DNA of 63,233 bases, counting the filler, from Licmophora abbreviata (taxonomy: Eukaryota): the NCBI GenBank assembly GCA_900291995.1. It is 8 parts of 8 records of this genome, joined end to end, with 100 filler letters (N's around TTAATTAATTAA, not from the genome) between each part and the next. Parts side by side here need not be neighbours in the genome. Positions count along the whole stretch, not along the records: positions 36,665 to 58,428 come from OLMU01003136.1; positions 58,529 to 59,991 come from OLMU01003138.1; 6 more parts are not named here. One strand, written 5' to 3'. The notes under the pieces were generated by a model. It saw nothing but the letters and a program-made list of their open reading frames with translations. It had not been told where the DNA came from and searched no databases. This document shows, in pieces, positions 46,925-58,736 of the stretch. The position numbers and the translations under genes are program-made. Position 1 is the first letter of the stretch. Every line of letters starts with the position of its first letter.

Positions 46925-47459
46925 GGTGGCTGATGTTTTTGGTTGAGTTTTTTACTTCGCTTTTGCGCCCGATTTTCTGCTCTTTCCAGATTCAGTTTAC
47001 ATTCAGTTTGATCTCAGAGTAATGGGCTTCGTTCGTGTGTGGCGTTTCGGGCTTCCAAGGATCAAGCAGTCTCATCATGAGCATCAGCCACACGGCAACC
47101 CCTGGTGCATCTGGAGTTCTTGGATCTTTGCGTGTGCCGACAAGATGAAAATGAGAGCTCGTACCTCGTCACATCATTGTGACTGACTCACTCGACTCAA
47201 TGTTTGCTGAGTTGTTATTCTGTCAAAAATATGTGACGCAGAACACGGACTGAAGAACCACGTTGAGACCAACAAAGTCACAAAGAAACGTGTTGAAGTG
47301 ACTCATTCGTAGATCCTTCGTAGCGCTGTACCAGCTCGGCTGAGTTGGCCGAACTGACCTCACTTTTTCCAGTCGTTGCCATCTTCCCCCTTGTTCTCAC
47401 TTTTCACAAACGACTGAGTATCGAATCATCAACAACAACAACAATAACAATCCAATATC

Positions 47460-48161
47460 ATGACTCTCTCCACTACAACCACCGCAGCCGCTGTTGCCCT
47501 CTTGGCATTGACTTCCTCGTCTTGCAGTGCCTTTGTCCCATCCGCTCGCAGGACTCCTCTCACGGCGACCTTCCTGCCGGCTGCCGCCGTCACCCAGGAG
47601 GCTCCGTATTTCGTCGAAATCATTCATCAGTCTTCTGTAGCAGCTGACGTGGCAAACGACACAACATCACAGATGAGTGCATCCGCGCAGCTTGACAAGC
47701 CTAAGAAGCATGCGATGAAAAAGGCAGCTCCCGCCAAAAAGAATCAGCACCAAGAGGGAATCTTTTCTCCTGTCGTCAAGGCCGCCAAAGTTGTCATGGG
47801 CGAAGAATCGCTCAATAAGGTTCGGGGCAAGGTGATTGGCATGCACTCGGACGTGATTAAGGACTTTGTGAATACACACGAGTCACCCAGCGGCCAGATA
47901 GCCCTCAAAGTGTTATTCCAGGCCGCCGACAAGGACGGCAACGGCAAAATCGACGAGAAGGAACTCATGGACGCCTTTGAAGCGCTTGGCTTTACCTGGT
48001 TGAAGGAGAAGCAGATCAAGGGTATCTTTGCACGAGCCGACTCGGACGAAAATGGTGCTATTGACCTTAACGAGTTCATGAACGAAGCACCCAAGACACT
48101 TCGAACAAACTTGGTCAAGCTGGCCAAGAAGAACGGTGGTGAACTTGGATTCCTCGCTTAG
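47460..48161 (+). CDS. Plastid-targeted EF-hand Ca2+-binding protein
   Basis: Bipartite presequence CSA-FVP; two EF hands DKDGNGKIDEKE and DSDENGAIDLNE. Confidence 0.9.
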   Translation: MTLSTTTTAAAVALLALTSSSCSAFVPSARRTPLTATFLPAAAVTQEAPYFVEIIHQSSVAADVANDTTSQMSASAQLDKPKKHAMKKAAPAKKNQHQEGIFSPVVKAAKVVMGEESLNKVRGKVIGMHSDVIKDFVNTHESPSGQIALKVLFQAADKDGNGKIDEKELMDAFEALGFTWLKEKQIKGIFARADSDENGAIDLNEFMNEAPKTLRTNLVKLAKKNGGELGFLA

Positions 48162-48741
48162 TCACACAGAATGCACCGATCATGAACATACATTACTTAA
48201 CTAAAGAATAGAAAAACTTACGCAATCGAGAACGTGTGCGTCAAGCTGCTACAATCCAGTCTAGAAGATCGAATCGGAGGCGTTCACTTCCTGGACAACA
48301 TCGTCAGATATGTGTTCGTGACGAATTGGCGTGAGTCACAGCAACAATCCTTCCTCTCCCATCGAATGGGGTTCGCATGCGACATATACCACCATACAAA
48401 AATGCTTAGTAAACGTCATCCACGAACAACATCTCGATCAAGAGACCCCGCGATGACACAACGTACACAGGACAAGTTTTTCCAGCGGCAAGAGCGACTG
48501 CGAGGTACGCGAGGTGAATCACGACTCAAATCGTCGCTGCTTGTAGTGTGCTGTTGTCGAAAGTGCTGTTGCCGTTGTGTGGTGTGCAATCACGACATCA
48601 CCCTCCCTCTCTTATTGCGTTCGTTCTGCGTCGTTCGAGTGCCACCGATTTTTTCATACGACTGCCGACTCCCGGTAATCCATTCCTGCTTTTATTGTGT
48701 CCTTCACCATTCCATTTTTCCGACGCAACACCAACAGCAGC

Positions 48742-51372
48742 ATGGGCACTACGCCCTCGCGCTCCATGCAGACCTATCCTGGTCAACGCGCGTCTCAGCA
48801 GCGGCCCGGACAAAGCAGAACAGCAGCTCCTCCTGCACACCTTGCATCGTCGTCCAGTCGACCCACAACACGCGCGACACAACAGCAGCAGCAGCAGCAG
48901 GCTAGGCGAAGTACGACGACAGCGTCGAGAAGCAGCAGCAGCAGCGCTCCGTCTACTGTCCGTATCAACCAGAGCGGAAATCGAGTCGTTGTTCAAGGAC
49001 AGCATGTCTCTTCCTCGACGGGCAGTACAGCAGCTTCTGCTACGACGACGACGCCGACGACACAGCCTCGTACTAGTGGATTGTCTCCAGGACGTCCAGG
49101 AGCCTACGCCGTGACTCGAACTGCCGATGGCCCTGCGCAAGTCTTTCGCGTCACAGTGCCAGCGGGAGTCCGTCCCGGTGCCGAATTTTCGGTGCACGCG
49201 GGGTCCAGACGAGTGCGTGTCCGATGTCCTCCCACCAGTCACTCTGGGCAGTCCCTCCAGATCACGCTGCCACCGGAACCCGTCACCACCAACGTCCGTC
49301 TCCACACCGCTCCGCTCACGGCATCCGAAGGTCCAGGAGGAGGCGGCGCGGTCGAAATGAGCACCGAAGTGCGACAAGTCAATTCGTCGGCACCACCGGG
49401 TAGTACCGCGCAGACCTTTCTCGTGACAATTCCACCCAATATCTACCCCGGAATGCAGTTTGCTGTACGTCTCGAGGGACAGCGCTTCATGGTAACATGT
49501 CCGCCAGAGGCAGGACCGAATCGAAAAGTACGAATTGTGCCTCCGGCTCCCACAACAGAACCAGAAGCGGCGCCTACAACGCAGGTATTTGAAGTCGTTG
49601 TTCCACCGGCCGTCCAACCCAATCAGCCCTTCACGCTCATGGCCAATGGACAGCGGGTGTTGGTCACTTGTCCGCCGACAGCCAGTCCGGGACAGAAAAT
49701 TCGATTCCAACTTCCTGTACAACAGGTTGTCAGTAATATTCAGCTGAGTTATGAAGGCACGTCGGGCGGGTGGATGAGAACAATCCGAGTAGAAGATCTC
49801 AAGTTTCAATGGGTGCGCGTGAAAAAGGACAAACTAGTCGTGGAGAAGGATTCCAAGTTTGATTTCTATCAAGCTGCCTACGTGCGTCAGCTGATTCTCA
49901 TGGAAGGCAACGATGCTCGTATGCGAACAGGAAAAGTGGAACTCAAGCCTGCCAGTGAAGCTGTGGTGGAGAGTAAGCTTGTAGTGAACAACACAACACT
50001 GCTATCGTATGCTGACATTGCGACTGTGCAGGGTCGGACGTTGGACGAAAAAACCAAGTGGTTCGAGACGATCTGTCAACAACTCACGGCGCCGTGGGGT
50101 GAAGGACATGTCAAGATTTGTGTACGACGGGATCATCTGCTGGATGACTCAGTCAATGCAATCATGAGTTTGGGACGAGATGATTTGCGCAAGCGCTGGC
50201 GTCTTGAGTTTCTGGGCGAACTAGGCTTGGACGCAGGTGGGGTGTCCCGTGAGTGGTTCCAGCTTGTATCGGAACAGATTTACGATCCTGATAAGGGCCT
50301 GTGGCTCTCGAGCGCTCAGAATCAAATGTGCATGAAAATTAATCCAGCCAGTAGTAAGTAACGTCTGGGAATCTGCCACCTTGTCGCCGATTTGATAGCA
50401 CTAACACCAGCGTTACTTCTTTGACCCGATACACTCAGGCATTTCTTGTCCAGACGACCATTTGGTATACTTTCGGTTCTTGGGCCGCATCATCGGGCGC
50501 GCCATGTTCGATCGGCAGCTCATCAGCGGCCACATGGTTCGTCACATGTACAAGCATCTCTTGGGATGGCCCATCACGTTCGAGGACCTCGAGCACGAGG
50601 ACGAAGAATACTATCAATCTTTGAAGAAGCTCACAAGCATGGACGATGTGTCCAACATGTGTCTCGATTTTACTGCGACAGAGGAACGAATGGGGGTGCG
50701 CTCCGAGGTGGAGCTTGTCGAGGGTGGCTCCTTGAAAGAAGTCAACAACGGAAACATTGCTCAATACTTGGAGGCTAACCTCAAGTATCGCATGCTGGGT
50801 CGGACCAAGCCGCAGCTGATGGAGCTACTCCTAGGCTTCTTCGACGTGATCCCCGAGCCTGCTCTGACCGTGTTTGACTACCAAGAGTTGGAGTTGATAC
50901 TTTGTGGTCTTCCGGAGATCGATATGGATGACTGGGAGGAGAATACCATTTACTCTGGTATGTACGATACCTCAGGGAAGAAAACGAAGGTTGTTGAGTG
51001 GTTCTGGGATGTTGTTCGAAACGACTTTGACCAAGAAATGAAAGCGCGTTTACTGCAGTTTGTCACTGGAACTTCAGGCGTCCCGTCACGAGGGTTCGCT
51101 GTTCTTCAAGGCAATGACGGAAACATCAAGAAGTTTGCGATACACGGAGTGAATCGATCCACATTCCCCTATCCACGAGCACAGTAAGTAACGAAAGCGA
51201 TTGGCTGGTCTTAGCTTCATGCTTGGCGGTTTCCTAATCACTCGCTTTCTTTTGTTTATCCAGTACTTGTTTCAATCGGATTGATCTGCCAAACTATTCC
51301 TCAAGAAAGGAGCTCTACGAGCGGCTCAAAGCGGCTGTAACGCTTTCCTCCGTCGGATTTGGAATCGAATAA
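48742..51372 (+). CDS. HECT E3 ubiquitin ligase (paralog B) with three N-terminal repeats and possible N-myristoylation
   Basis: Start MGTTPS; LDAGGVSREWF, RLLQFVTGTS, PRAHTCFN; introns 50354-50438, 51184-51263. Confidence 0.95.
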
Positions 51373-51429
51373 GGAACAGCAGTAACGATTAAATTGAACT
51401 TTGGTTGACATTTCGGCATATGTACACTA

Positions 51430-53302
51430 TCAAGGTGCCAAGTCTTCGTCTTTTTCGTCCCCGGCCATATCCACCATCATTTGAAGCCATTCTTCTCCGC
51501 CATCATCGCTCTCCATGTATTCCTTCATAGCTTCCCTGGCAACCTCCTTGCGGTCCCTCGGCGTGGGTACCGAGAGCATGGCTTGCCGTTCGCCACTCCG
51601 TTGTTGAGCTGCTTCAACGGCGGCGACCAGTCCGTCCGTCTCGGGCATCATATTACTACCCGATTCTAACGACGCTGATGTCACATGGCTGTCGACCATG
51701 TCCACTGGAGGATGCAAAGAAGAAGTAGCGTTGGAACCCTCAATGATAGCTTCGGTCAATGACTCGTCCTCATCGCTCCGGGGCATTGCCAGAACCGCCG
51801 CAGCCCCCACTCCGGCGACACCGAGACCAACGGGCATAAATCCGTTCGTGTCCGCTTCAGCACGACGTTGCTGCCTCGCCTCCTCGACTTGTCGCGCACG
51901 CTCGTCCCGGGCCTTGCGATCCTTATCTTCCTTTTTCTGTCGCACGAGAGCCCGCTGCTTGGCTAGATCTTCCTGCTCCAGTCGATCCAGCTCTAGTTGC
52001 TGATCTTTCACACTGATGACCTCGCTAGGTGCCATGCTTCGCAGTCGAGTGAGCTCCTTTCTACCCTCTTCCAAGGTGTGCTTGTACGCAGCGTTATTCT
52101 TTTGTTTTTCTTTGAGCAAGGCCAGCGTCGATTCTGCAGTCACATCGAGGCGCACCTCACCGGGCGTATATTCCAACTCATGACACCGACTCAGGGGGAT
52201 ACCGGCAATCAAGGCGGACAAGAGTGCGGGGCCTGTTCCGTCCGGGAACACCAACAGAACTGTGTCTCCCGAGTACTGAGTTTCGACAACTGGGAAAAGA
52301 AAAAACAAGTAGGCGCAGGGTACTGTTAGGGTCAGCATACAATTCACAACCGCACACACTCTAAACGATATGAGAGTAAACCCGCACCTGAAAACAACTG
52401 CCGCAATCGAACCGCCTGTTCCCCCAGAGTTTCATTGGGCGTACTATCCTCGTTTGGTGGAGGCTTGCCTCCCTGCCCATATTGTCCAGCCTCGTCGGCA
52501 TCCATGGCCCAAACTGCTTTCTGAGTGGCTGACATTGGCAACATGTCCCATTTACCAACCGCCCGCGGATCCAAAAAGGTATACTCTGCCAGGACTCGAT
52601 CGCGACCAATACGACACTCTCTGGCAATCAAGCCAGCCGAATCAATGGCGCTGGCTGCCAGACTGTACTCCGCGACGGTAGGCACTAAGTTGGCTTCTTT
52701 CATGACACGCGCGGCTTCCACGACCTGCTCCGCGCCAAGCTCGGATAACGCAGCCTCTCGATTCGTACTGCAGGGGCCAAGAGTAGAATCGACGTACATG
52801 AGTGATCGCAACAGGTTTCTAAAAACCGACTAGCGATACGCATCGCAGGTCACACTTTTCACTACGGCATCACTTACAGAAAGAGCGGATTCGTGGACCA
52901 TACATCTTCCTCTTCTAAAAGACTCTGGCCTGCTCTCATGAAATGATACGTGTTACCCAGTGGTTCTGTGCAGGGAAATTGAACCAGCCCGCGCGCGTGG
53001 ACAGTATTGGCCGACGAGGAAAGTCCAGTCATCATCATCATTGTCATCCAGCCCGTCTGACGAGCAAGAAACCCTCGTCGATCGAAATTAAAATGATCAG
53101 TGCCCTCAGACGCAGAGCTATCATCGTCGACTCTCGTCGAGCAGCACAAAGCCTCAAGAGACTGCTGCTTCCAAAGACTCTGTTTCGGTATCGGAAAGAT
53201 ACACTTTCGAACTGGAGCAAGTTTCGTCGTTGCTGAAAAGGATTCGATAGACACGGATATGAGAAGCAGCACCAGCGCTGTCAGGGGTTTCAGCCTCTCC
53301 AT
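51430..53302 (-). CDS. Plastid/thylakoid-lumen-type phosphoglycerate-mutase-like (histidine phosphatase fold) protein
   Basis: Signal peptide + IES-FSA; twin-Arg FDRRGFL...VHA; YHFMRAGQS (degenerate RHG); ETQYSGDTVLLVFPDG; introns 52768-52877, 52290-52387. Confidence 0.78.
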
Positions 53303-53810
53303 GTTTCTGATTAATACTGCCGTCTCGAAGCACAGAAGAGGACCAATCGGCACTGTCATTGACACGCCATGGAACATTCTGTGTGATGGGCGGCAGCAAA
53401 AAAAGCGAAGCATCCGGCAAAAGATCGCCCCGCGGGCCGGCGCGCGTCATCCTAAGCGGGCAAAGTTCTCCTGCCGACTCGACTGACTCTAGTACATGAT
53501 AGTACAGATTAGATTGATGAGTATGTCATGGACTTCAGGACATAGCAATGTGCACAGTTGGTGTCGTTCAAACTACATTCGGCGAGAGTCGAGGGTGGCC
53601 GCCTACACTGCCATGATGAACAGAAATGATCGTACCTAACTACAGTTGGTGGACGAGGTCAAGGTATTTCCCTCAACAAGCTATCCCCTGAAATTGAATT
53701 ATTGAAATGTAAAGTATATGTTCCCTGCCTAATCATACGCATTCCCCCCAAAAGTACATGTGTCCTTGCATGCACATGTCTATGTACATATCAGAGTGTA
53801 ATCCGATCGA

Positions 53811-55454
53811 CTACTCCTTACGGCGCAAAGCACCATCGGCGGTGTGCTCCAAACGAACAAGATCCCAAAGCTTCAGGACGGCAAACTGGAGATGATCCAG
53901 CTGAACCGTGGAATGATGCAATGCATGTTCCAAGGACGCCTGGCGGTCTGCAAGCACCTTCAGGGACTTACGCAAATCAACCTGAGTGTCGTCTTGGGCG
54001 GCATGAAGCACACGAAGCCTTTCGTTCCAAGCGGGAACTTGAGCCTCAAGTTTATCAAGGCGATGTTGAAGTTTGAGAGCGATGGACGACTCATCCGAGA
54101 GACGCTTCTGCTTCTTGGGGACCGATTGGAATAGGTGTGCCTCGGATAAGCCATGTTTGTTGTTCGGCGGGGATGAAGGAGTTATGGCCGTCGAAGGAGG
54201 CGTCCTGTGGATGAAGGTACGCGTCGATTGTGCCATCAGAGCATGCGTCTGCTCGTGTGCCGCGATTTGCTTCTTGGTAATGCCAAAGAATCTGTTTTGC
54301 AAGACGGGGATGGAGCGATGCGTAGTTCCTGTGGCATCGTTGAAAGCCTTCTGGATCTTGTTCCAGTCATGAAACGAACATTCCGATTCCACAAAGTGCG
54401 CTATGTGCACCAGCTGAGCTTCCTCGAAGGGCGTAAACGCATGGACAGGCTGCTGCGGCGGCGCACCTCCAGCGTAGTGGGGAGGAGCTTGGTGCGCATA
54501 GTGGAGATCCGTCGTCGCTGTTTGACTGCGACGAAGCGCTTTGAGTGGACTTCGCTGCTGCTCAGTTACCCCGGTGACGGCGCCATAGAGCTGCTGGAGA
54601 CCATGCCAGTACCTTTCGCCGCGAGTCCCAGGGCTGAGAGACGCCGTCGGTGTGATGTAAGTGGGAGGCTTAGAGTCGCGGCTGATACTCTCCTTGCCCT
54701 GATCCGTAGTCTGCCGCTGAACCCTAGTAGTACCCTTTCTCGTCTTGCTGAATGAAACTTTCTTGCTATCGTCATTGGCACGATGAGACTTTTTGAAGGA
54801 AGAAGTCTTAGTCACACTCGTGTTTTCGTTGTGGTATCGGAGAATCTTCCCAGGGGTCTTCTTGGCATCGCCGACGGCCTCAATGACGCGCCTCTCCAAA
54901 CCAGTACTAGCATTGTGTTCCGTGGTGGCAGCAGTAGTTGTGCCACCCACCAGCTCTCCGGAGTTTTCTGTAGTCTCAGGACTAATCGTGTTGTTAGTAC
55001 GAACCGTTTCATCGTCACTGTCAGTAGCCGTGGCGTCTTCCTTGGCGGCACTGATCTTCTTGCTCGCCGCCGTGGTGGCATGGTGGGCTCCTTTCTTGAC
55101 GACGCCTTGGAGGATTTGCTCCTGCTGCTCCGTCGTGAGATCAACAATCACAGCAGGGCTCCCATCGGGACGAGGGGGAATGGTGATGGAGATAATGGAG
55201 CGCAAGGCGGACCTCGGGAGGAAGTGAGCTTTGAAAGGTCGCGGCTTCAAGGTGGGGGCAGGAGTAGGAGTAGTGGTGGCGGGAGCCGTGGGCGGAGGAG
55301 AAGGAGACGGCCTGGTGGGCGCCAAGGCGGCCAGAGGAGAAAAGGGAAAGAACGGAAGCGATCCCGAAGCGACCTTCGCCGAAGCTGCATTCTTGGGAGA
55401 GAGAAAGGCGACGCTGCTCTTGCTGGGGGGCGTCATCTTGTCGTCCAAAGTCAT
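53811..55454 (-). CDS. Myb/SANT-like domain protein with C-terminal coiled coil
   Basis: FTPFEEAQL...DWNKIQKAF...HRSIPVLQNRF matches Myb-like spacing; low-complexity flanks; start uncertain. Confidence 0.6.
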   Translation of the reverse strand: MTLDDKMTPPSKSSVAFLSPKNAASAKVASGSLPFFPFSPLAALAPTRPSPSPPPTAPATTTPTPAPTLKPRPFKAHFLPRSALRSIISITIPPRPDGSPAVIVDLTTEQQEQILQGVVKKGAHHATTAASKKISAAKEDATATDSDDETVRTNNTISPETTENSGELVGGTTTAATTEHNASTGLERRVIEAVGDAKKTPGKILRYHNENTSVTKTSSFKKSHRANDDSKKVSFSKTRKGTTRVQRQTTDQGKESISRDSKPPTYITPTASLSPGTRGERYWHGLQQLYGAVTGVTEQQRSPLKALRRSQTATTDLHYAHQAPPHYAGGAPPQQPVHAFTPFEEAQLVHIAHFVESECSFHDWNKIQKAFNDATGTTHRSIPVLQNRFFGITKKQIAAHEQTHALMAQSTRTFIHRTPPSTAITPSSPPNNKHGLSEAHLFQSVPKKQKRLSDESSIALKLQHRLDKLEAQVPAWNERLRVLHAAQDDTQVDLRKSLKVLADRQASLEHALHHSTVQLDHLQFAVLKLWDLVRLEHTADGALRRKE

Positions 55455-55802
55455 GGTCACACTTCCCGAGGTCCAGCGGATGACATACAATGGCAAAAGT
55501 GCGGAGATTTTGGCGCGTAGCAAATCGGTACATCTTTACCGCGCCATAAGTGTGGCAAGTGTGACTGAATACTCAGCTGTCGCACGGTGGAAACCTCTTC
55601 GTTTGGGATGAAATACCACGACCATCAGCCGTTCGGTTGTTTGCGGCGCGCAATTTTTTTGGCGCCAAACTTCGACAAGCCGCCCGTGGCCATCCATTTT
55701 CATCTTCTGAGAAACTATTTCTGGAGGCGTATTGGACGACGATGTTGGAGATTGCATTGCCGGCATTGTTCTTTTCACTGCCAATGCGTTTGTTTCTTGG
55801 CC

Positions 55803-58428
55803 ATGACTAGAAAGCGTGCCTTATCACCCATTTCCCGGTCATCATCGTCCTTGTCAAATTCCCCTGGAGCTCCAGTGGATCCCAAAATCCTCCATCTGAT
55901 CAAGAAATTAGTTTCAGCAGATTCCATCGCGATCACTGGGCTCAGCAGAACCTCCGCTGATCACTTGGTCAACCGACTGAAGACTCAGAACCGGGAATAC
56001 CAAAGAAAGGATCCGACCTGGTTGCATAGGCAAGTCGAACGCGCTCTCGAGCGGCTGGGGAATAACAGAAGTGGCGTGGCTGTATCGGGAACGGGATCCG
56101 TACAGGACGGCCGCTCCTTGGAACAACAAGAGGACGAGCAATTCCTCAATGCCGCAGAGCGACGGTACGACCAAGAGGCACAAGAGCACGACCTTATCCG
56201 CCAGAAGGTGTTAGAAGAAGGAATAGGAGGTAGTAGCATGCTTAATGCTGGCCTTCGCGATCGCTACCGACAAGTCCAACAGCAGCGAGATGAGGAAACT
56301 GCACGTGTCGAAGCTGCCGCAGCTGCTGCGGCAGAACAAGAAGCCTCTGCAGAACGACAGAATCCGGAAAATCAGCCAGCAGGCGGTCAGCAGGAACTGT
56401 CGAGTCAAGGTGCGAATTCATCGGCGCCAGCAGTCAACACTGTGACGAAAGCGAAACGAGTCAAGAGAAAGAAGTCGACAGCGGGCCGCACTCCATCCAC
56501 CGTGGGTAACCTGCCAGGAGACGACAGTAGCATGTTCACGTCCCCATCACCACGCCCTTCAGAACGATACGCCGATCTGGGTGGCTTGCACGATACTTTA
56601 CAGCAGATTCGTCAGCTAGTCGAATATCCCCTGGTTCGTCCGGAGTTATATCGTCACCTGGGATGTGATCCTCCACGAGGAGTATTGTTGCGCGGTCCTC
56701 CCGGCTGTGGAAAGACGCACCTAGCCAATGCCATTGCTGGTCAATTAGGCTTGCCCTACTTTCGCGTCAGTGCCCCAGAACTTGTTTCAGGTATGTCAGG
56801 AGAAAGCGAGGGTCGTATACGTGACTTGTTCAAGGCCGCCTCGGAAATGGCTCCGTCTTTGATCTTCATGGACGAGTTGGATTCGATTGCTCCGAAACGT
56901 GCTGAAAGTGGCGCAAGTCGGGGAATGGAAAAACGCATGGTAGCACAGCTCTTAACGAGCATGGATTCGATTGCACCTCAGTACAATAGACAGAACGCGC
57001 CGGTGATTGTGCTTGGTGCCACCAATCGACCCGATGCTATGGACTCGGCGTTGCGACGCGCGGGACGATTCGATAAAGAAATTCTCTTGGGTGTTCCAGA
57101 CGAAAAGGCAAGAGAAGGCATCTTGCGGACTATGACCAAAGGAATGCGACTGAGTGGAGACTTCGATTACAGGATTCTGGCCAGAAAGACTCCCGGATAT
57201 GTAGGAGCTGACGTCCGCAGTTTGACAAAGGAAGCGGCGGTGTTAGCCATCAATCGCATCTTTCATGATGTGCTCACTGATGAAGGCGCAATACCAAAAC
57301 TACTTCAGCAAGCGTCTACGGAGGCTACTGACCAAGCCAATGAGACCAGAGCTGCCGAGGTATCGGTGGAACATGATGGCCAGTCAGCATTCGACGAAAA
57401 GAAGAATAGCTCGGATGCTCCAGGTCTTTCGTCCGTGACACCGCTGACACCTGAACAGATGGAGCCTCTCTACGTTACCATGGATGACTTTCTCAATGCT
57501 ATTCCCTTGGTACAGCCATCTGGTAAGCGCGAGGGTTTCGCCACCGTCCCGGACGTTTCCTGGGGCGATATTGGTGCCCTGCAAGGTGTCCGAGACGAAC
57601 TGACATTGAGCGTTCTGGAACCCATTCGCCACCCTGAAAAGTTCCAAGCCCTTGGTCTTTCACTACCCGCTGGTGTTCTTCTCTACGGTCCTCCCGGCTG
57701 TGGTAAGACTCTCTTGGCCAAGGCAATTGCTAATGAAAGTGGCGCGAACTTCCTATCCGTCAAAGGCCCCGAGCTGCTCGACAAGTATGTTGGCGAAAGC
57801 GAACGGGCTGTGCGCGTCGTTTTTGAGCGGGCTCGCAGTTCCAGTCCTTGTGTCGTCTTCTTTGACGAGCTGGACTCACTGTGTCCCAGGCGTGGGAGTG
57901 ATGGTGGCGGCGGTGGAGGTGTTAGCGAGCGTGTCGTGAATCAGCTCCTCACTGAAATGGATGGTCTGGACAGCCGAAGGAGTGTTTTCGTCATTGCAGC
58001 GACGAATCGCCCTGAACTCATCGATCCTGCCATGATGCGACCGTAAGTATACCCAGCTGATGAATTGGAGATAGATGAGTTGTTCGAATGGTCTAACGTC
58101 ATATGTTGTCCACTTCTCCGTTCTTAAAGCGGTCGATTGGACAAGCTACTCTTCGTTCCACTACCCACTCCGGACGATCGGTCCAGCATTCTCCAAGCTG
58201 TTGCTGGCAAGGTCCGTTTAGGTGCGGACGTGAATCTGGATCAGATTGGCCGCAGCGCGCGCGCCGAAGGCTACAGCGGCGCTGACTGTGTCGCACTGCT
58301 ACGCGAAGCAGGTCTGGCAGTGTTGAAGGAGAACCTGGGCAGTAGTAGCGCGATGACCACGGACGTCCCTTTGGAACTTTGTATTTCCGCACGTCACTTT
58401 GACTATGCCTTCCAACATGTACTTCCAT
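55803..58428 (+). CDS. NVL: AAA+ ATPase NVL/Rix7 (CDC48C); 3' end in gap
   Basis: Two AAA domains (GPPGCGKT x2), EYQRK N-domain, [20 protein letters not shown]; intron 58043-58129. Confidence 0.93.
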
Positions 58429-58528
58429 NNNNNNNNNNNNNNNNNNNNNNNNNNNNNNNNNNNNNNNNNNNNTTAATTAATTAANNNNNNNNNNNNNNNN
58501 NNNNNNNNNNNNNNNNNNNNNNNNNNNN
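58429..58528. other. Artificial scaffold gap linker
   Basis: N44-TTAATTAATTAA-N44. Confidence 0.97.
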
Positions 58529-58736
58529 CTTTCCAACTGTGTCCATGGCGGAGAATCCTATCGTGATCAGGCCGTGAGTTTGCTGTCGCCCAAAATACGA
58601 GAGTAAATTTCGCTTTCTCCTCATCATGGCGTCGTTCTTCTCGCCGTCGTGCGTCACACTCGGGACTTGAGTTACCCGGGACTCCAACAAAGAGTCGATC
58701 ACATCACGTTCCAAATGTTGCCATCGTTGTTTAGTT

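Noticed and set aside
48598..49809. 403-aa antisense ORF overlapping HECT B
   Set aside because: Shadow frame of a GC-rich coding region; no motifs.
53610..53695. Possible box C/D snoRNA (ATGATGA ... CTGA)
   Set aside because: No terminal stem and no convincing rRNA-complementary guide seen; such motifs arise by chance.
54783..55520. 245-aa Arg/Gly-rich plus-strand ORF
   Set aside because: Antisense of the Pro/Thr/Ser-rich region of the Myb-like gene.
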